Source: Dehalococcoidia bacterium
GTDB taxonomy: Bacteria; Chloroflexota; Dehalococcoidia; Plut-88900
Direction: 5' to 3'
Assembly (NCBI GenBank): GCA_965197585.1
Contig: OZ240215.1
Coordinates: forward strand, 1,408,001 to 1,472,000
DNA: 64,000 nt
Both the position numbers and the translations under genes were made by a program. Shown piece by piece: positions 61,147-64,000 of this stretch; positions within the stretch are counted from its first letter, which is position 1, and the number at the start of each line of letters is the position of its first letter. The notes under the pieces were generated by a model. The model saw only the letters and a program-made list of their open reading frames with translations, was not told where the DNA came from and ran no database searches.

Positions 61147-62142
61147 TTACTGCAAGGCTATCGCGTAGGCATCGCCTACAACTGACAAGCCTGGACCCGA
61201 ACTGCCCCCAATAGAATAGGCAATACCGTCCACCTTCGCGGTGGCCGCCCCATGCAGTGCCGAGGGTAGAGGCTGGTAGTTGTGCCACCGGGCGGCTTTT
61301 GGATCAAAACTCTCCACCGAGTCCAGGGCCGTATCGATGTTTTCGCCGCCCAGAACGAAGAGACGTCCCCGGTGTTCCAAGGCGCCGATACTAGCCCTCC
61401 CGACGTTCAATTCCCGCACCTCGGCCCAGGCCCCGGTTGTCGGGTCCAGCGCCTCTACCAGGTCCAGACTCGCGACTCCCGTCTCGTCCTTGCCGCCGAT
61501 CACGTAGATCAGCCGACCCAAAGTCACAGCACTCATGTGGCTCCGCCCGGTCATCAAGGGAGGCCCTTCCGACCAGGAGTCCGACTCTGGCTCATAGATG
61601 TCTATTCGAGACGAGACCGCATCATCCTCCAACCCGCCGATCACGTAGATCAGGCCGCCGTATACGGTGGCCGTGAGCGCTCCTCGAGCGGCGGGCATTG
61701 GGGCCATTTCGCCCCACCAGTCCAACCGAGGCTCATAGATATACACCGCGTCCGACGCCTCCCCCCTCCTCCCGGATAGCCCGCCAAACAGGTAAATCTT
61801 GTCTAAACCATCAACGCTGAAAGTGACTGCCGTCGCGTGATGCAGTCCCTTTGGCAAAGGCGCGGCGTCGCCCCAGCTGCTGGTGCGGGGTTCGAACACT
61901 TCGACTTTTGTGGATGAACGGCCAAGCTCGTCCAGGCCGCCCATCACGTATATCCTGCCCCCGGCCTCTGCCACCGATGCTGAGGTTCGAGGGGTAGGAA
62001 GGTCCGGTATCGCAGCCCAGGCCTGCTCGGTTACGGAGGTGCCGGTGGGTTCGGGGGTCGGACTGGGAGATATCGAGACCGTGGAGCACCCGGCTGCAAC
62101 CAGGACACAGACAACGGCCAGTACAAGTAACCGGAATTTCAT
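61147..62142 (-). CDS. Kelch-repeat (six-bladed beta-propeller) lipoprotein
   Basis: Lipobox VAAGC; six IYxxGG...YxP..W repeats. Confidence 0.88.
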   Translation of the reverse strand: MKFRLLVLAVVCVLVAAGCSTVSISPSPTPEPTGTSVTEQAWAAIPDLPTPRTSASVAEAGGRIYVMGGLDELGRSSTKVEVFEPRTSSWGDAAPLPKGLHHATAVTFSVDGLDKIYLFGGLSGRRGEASDAVYIYEPRLDWWGEMAPMPAARGALTATVYGGLIYVIGGLEDDAVSSRIDIYEPESDSWSEGPPLMTGRSHMSAVTLGRLIYVIGGKDETGVASLDLVEALDPTTGAWAEVRELNVGRASIGALEHRGRLFVLGGENIDTALDSVESFDPKAARWHNYQPLPSALHGAATAKVDGIAYSIGGSSGPGLSVVGDAYAIALQ

Positions 62143-62157
62143 CTTGCCTATGATACC

Positions 62158-62198
62158 AAAAGGAAAGGGCCTTTCAATAAGAAAGGCCCCCCTTTGGC
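62158..62198 (-). terminator. Intrinsic terminator after the MoaD-like gene
   Basis: GGGCCTTTC-AATAA-GAAAGGCCC followed by a T-rich run on the minus strand. Confidence 0.65.
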
Positions 62199-62216
62199 TT
62201 AACCGGTTCAGATTCA

Positions 62217-62495
62217 TCAGCCGCCGTTGGCTCCCGGGTTCCGGGCCCCGCCCGCGAGGGGCGGAAACACGCTCACGACGTCGCCTTCCTGTAGCAGTTT
62301 CTGTTCCCGCCATTCCTGTTCGGCGGGACAATGCTGGCCGTTAACCAGGGTCATGTGGGCGAGCTCAGCGGGGATTTCCAGCTTGGAAAGAACATCCCAA
62401 AGGTTAGCGCCCTCCTCCAACTCCATCTCTCCCTTTCCGGTGCCGTTGCCCATCCGAGCCCGCAGGCTGGCGAATAGCTTTATCTCTACTTTCAT
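62217..62495 (-). CDS. MoaD/ThiS ubiquitin-like sulfur carrier with C-terminal extension
   Basis: MKVEIKLFASLR...LVNG...LQEGDVVSVFPPLAGG-ARNPGANGG. Confidence 0.85.
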   Translation of the reverse strand: MKVEIKLFASLRARMGNGTGKGEMELEEGANLWDVLSKLEIPAELAHMTLVNGQHCPAEQEWREQKLLQEGDVVSVFPPLAGGARNPGANGG

Positions 62496-62500
62496 GACAT

Positions 62501-63898
62501 CTACTCGGAGCCCGAGTCAGCCTCCGGTATCCCGCCGACCAATACGCCGTGCCAATCGGAGACTTGCGTCTTTGCGCTGACATTGTTGTGTCTGTAGCTT
62601 CGGTCTGCGGACTCACCGCCCGTGAGGGTGCTTTTCAGCAGTCCTTCGGCGACCTTGCAGGCCACGTACGGCTTTCTTACGTCCAGCGGGTTCTCTTTAA
62701 GGTAGTCCTTCCACTTGGCCAGGTGTGTGCCGGCCTGAATGAAGCCCTTGACCATGCCCACGTCGTTGAGTGCTCCGACGTCGGAGGCCCGGCCTATCAT
62801 AACCGCGCCCACTATCCGGTCCCCGTCCCACGACAGTCGCCGGTATACTGAGGTTATCGAGCTTGAAATGACTATGGTGTCCGCATCGCTCTGCCAGTCT
62901 CCGAAACTCGCCACCTGAAGCCCGACCGCATCAACCACGTTAAACCCGACGCTCCCGGCGTAGCTCACGTCGTGTCCGGCCATGTTGCACCCGGCCACCC
63001 TTCCATGCTCGAAAGCGGTGGGTTGAATGGCGTGCACGGCCTTGGAGTCGGAGTGGAGGACCGGGCCCTCTGCCACGTCTCCCGCTGCGTAGATCCCGTC
63101 CACGTTGGTCGCCATTCTCCCGTCCACCAGGATCCCCTGGCCCGTGGCAATCCCCGCGCCCGAGGCGAAGTCCAGGTTGGCCCTGATGCCAGTGGCCATT
63201 ACGACCGCGTCTGCTTCCATCTTATCGCCGTTTCCCAGCTTCACGTCGCGGTGACCGTCGTGCTCACCGATACTGGTGACGCTGGTCCCGGTAATGCACC
63301 TCACCCCGTTCTTCTCCAGCCACGCTTCCACTACTTCAGCGGCTTCGGCGTTGATCATTCTCGGCAATATGTGAGATTCCAGTTCAACGAAAGTGATTGT
63401 GTGCCCGCCACCGTGAAGGCCGTCCAGGATAATCAGGCCAATGAATCCCGCCCCGACGATCACCACCCTGCTCCCCGCCGAGACGCTGGATTTGAAGTTC
63501 CTGGCGTCCTCTATGTCCCACATGTTCTGCACACCCGCCAGGTCGGCCCCGTCAATCGGGGGCCGGGTGGCGGAGGAGCCGGTGGCTATCAGCAGGTCGT
63601 CATATTCAACGGTCGAGCCGTCGCTCAGAGAGACCGACTTCGCCGCCGCGTCGATTCCCGTGACCTGTGCTCCGAACTTCGTCTCCACGTTCAGACCGGC
63701 AAAATAGCCGTCGTCGCCCGTGAATAATGCCTTCTCCTGGATGTCTCCGGCCAGGTAGTAGGGTAATACCATCCTAGAGTACGCCGGCTCATTGCCTATG
63801 AGTGTAATCGAGGAATCGGACTCGTGTGATCTGATCGTCTCGATTGCCCGAAGTCCTGCCGGTCCCGCACCTACGACTACGTGTCTCTTGTTTGCCAT
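62501..63898 (-). CDS. FAD/NAD(P)-dependent oxidoreductase (NirB N-terminal / rubredoxin reductase-like)
   Basis: VVGAGPAG, YSR..LP, ATGS, VGAGFIG and YAAGDVAE motifs. Confidence 0.85.
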   Translation of the reverse strand: MANKRHVVVGAGPAGLRAIETIRSHESDSSITLIGNEPAYSRMVLPYYLAGDIQEKALFTGDDGYFAGLNVETKFGAQVTGIDAAAKSVSLSDGSTVEYDDLLIATGSSATRPPIDGADLAGVQNMWDIEDARNFKSSVSAGSRVVIVGAGFIGLIILDGLHGGGHTITFVELESHILPRMINAEAAEVVEAWLEKNGVRCITGTSVTSIGEHDGHRDVKLGNGDKMEADAVVMATGIRANLDFASGAGIATGQGILVDGRMATNVDGIYAAGDVAEGPVLHSDSKAVHAIQPTAFEHGRVAGCNMAGHDVSYAGSVGFNVVDAVGLQVASFGDWQSDADTIVISSSITSVYRRLSWDGDRIVGAVMIGRASDVGALNDVGMVKGFIQAGTHLAKWKDYLKENPLDVRKPYVACKVAEGLLKSTLTGGESADRSYRHNNVSAKTQVSDWHGVLVGGIPEADSGSE

Positions 63899-63903
63899 TT
63901 CAC

Positions 63904-64000
63904 CTAACCTCCCGGAAAGCCTCTTACGCCGTGGTACAGGAGGGTTACCCTGTCTTCCTTGTCCAACGGCGTTGCCATTCCGTCCAGGAACTTTATATTG
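63904..64000 (-). CDS. Second MoaD/ThiS-like protein (3' end only)
   Basis: Manual translation: ...NIKFLDGMATPLDKEDRVTLLYHGVRGFPGG*, a MoaD-like 'I.fLdG..T.L..gD.V.l' pattern with terminal GG. Confidence 0.7.
   Translation of the reverse strand, partial: NIKFLDGMATPLDKEDRVTLLYHGVRGFPGG

Overview
GC-rich bacterial chromosome segment. The gene inventory (YYY/TIGR03663 membrane proteins, large SRP RNA, expanded CoA-transferase, amidohydrolase and Rieske paralogs) suggests Chloroflexota, probably Dehalococcoidia/SAR202-like; this is inference. Positions 1-32 kb are mostly housekeeping: nuoEF-like, a putative glycosylation cluster, ftsY, rnc, cca, ogg, ispE, rsmA, SRP RNA, yacL-ispD-ispF-cysS, secG, gatB, pcm, larB and tRNA-Arg. 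Positions 32-64 kb are catabolic and transport genes: two PotD-like binding proteins, a DoeA-like hydrolase, ureohydrolases, an amidase, three CoA-transferases, lutABC, a Liv-type ABC system, katG, a thiol dioxygenase and two MoaD-like proteins. The main finding is a dispersed three-copy family of apparently non-coding 600-960 nt elements (about 20.1-20.9, 37.7-38.65 and 44.15-44.75 kb). Each has a near-consensus sigma70 promoter with a LexA-like box abutting the -10, a related C-rich leader, a conserved long-range closing helix (ATGGA../..TTCCAT) around a copy-specific hairpin-rich 300-460 nt core, and an AACTGAA tail motif. Other findings include a DsbA-like selenoprotein truncated by the ORF track (in-frame TGA plus SECIS-like hairpin), a probable ATC start for larB, REP-like palindrome mosaics and several atypical enzymes. 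All product calls come from motif recognition by eye; no database searches or folding programs were run.
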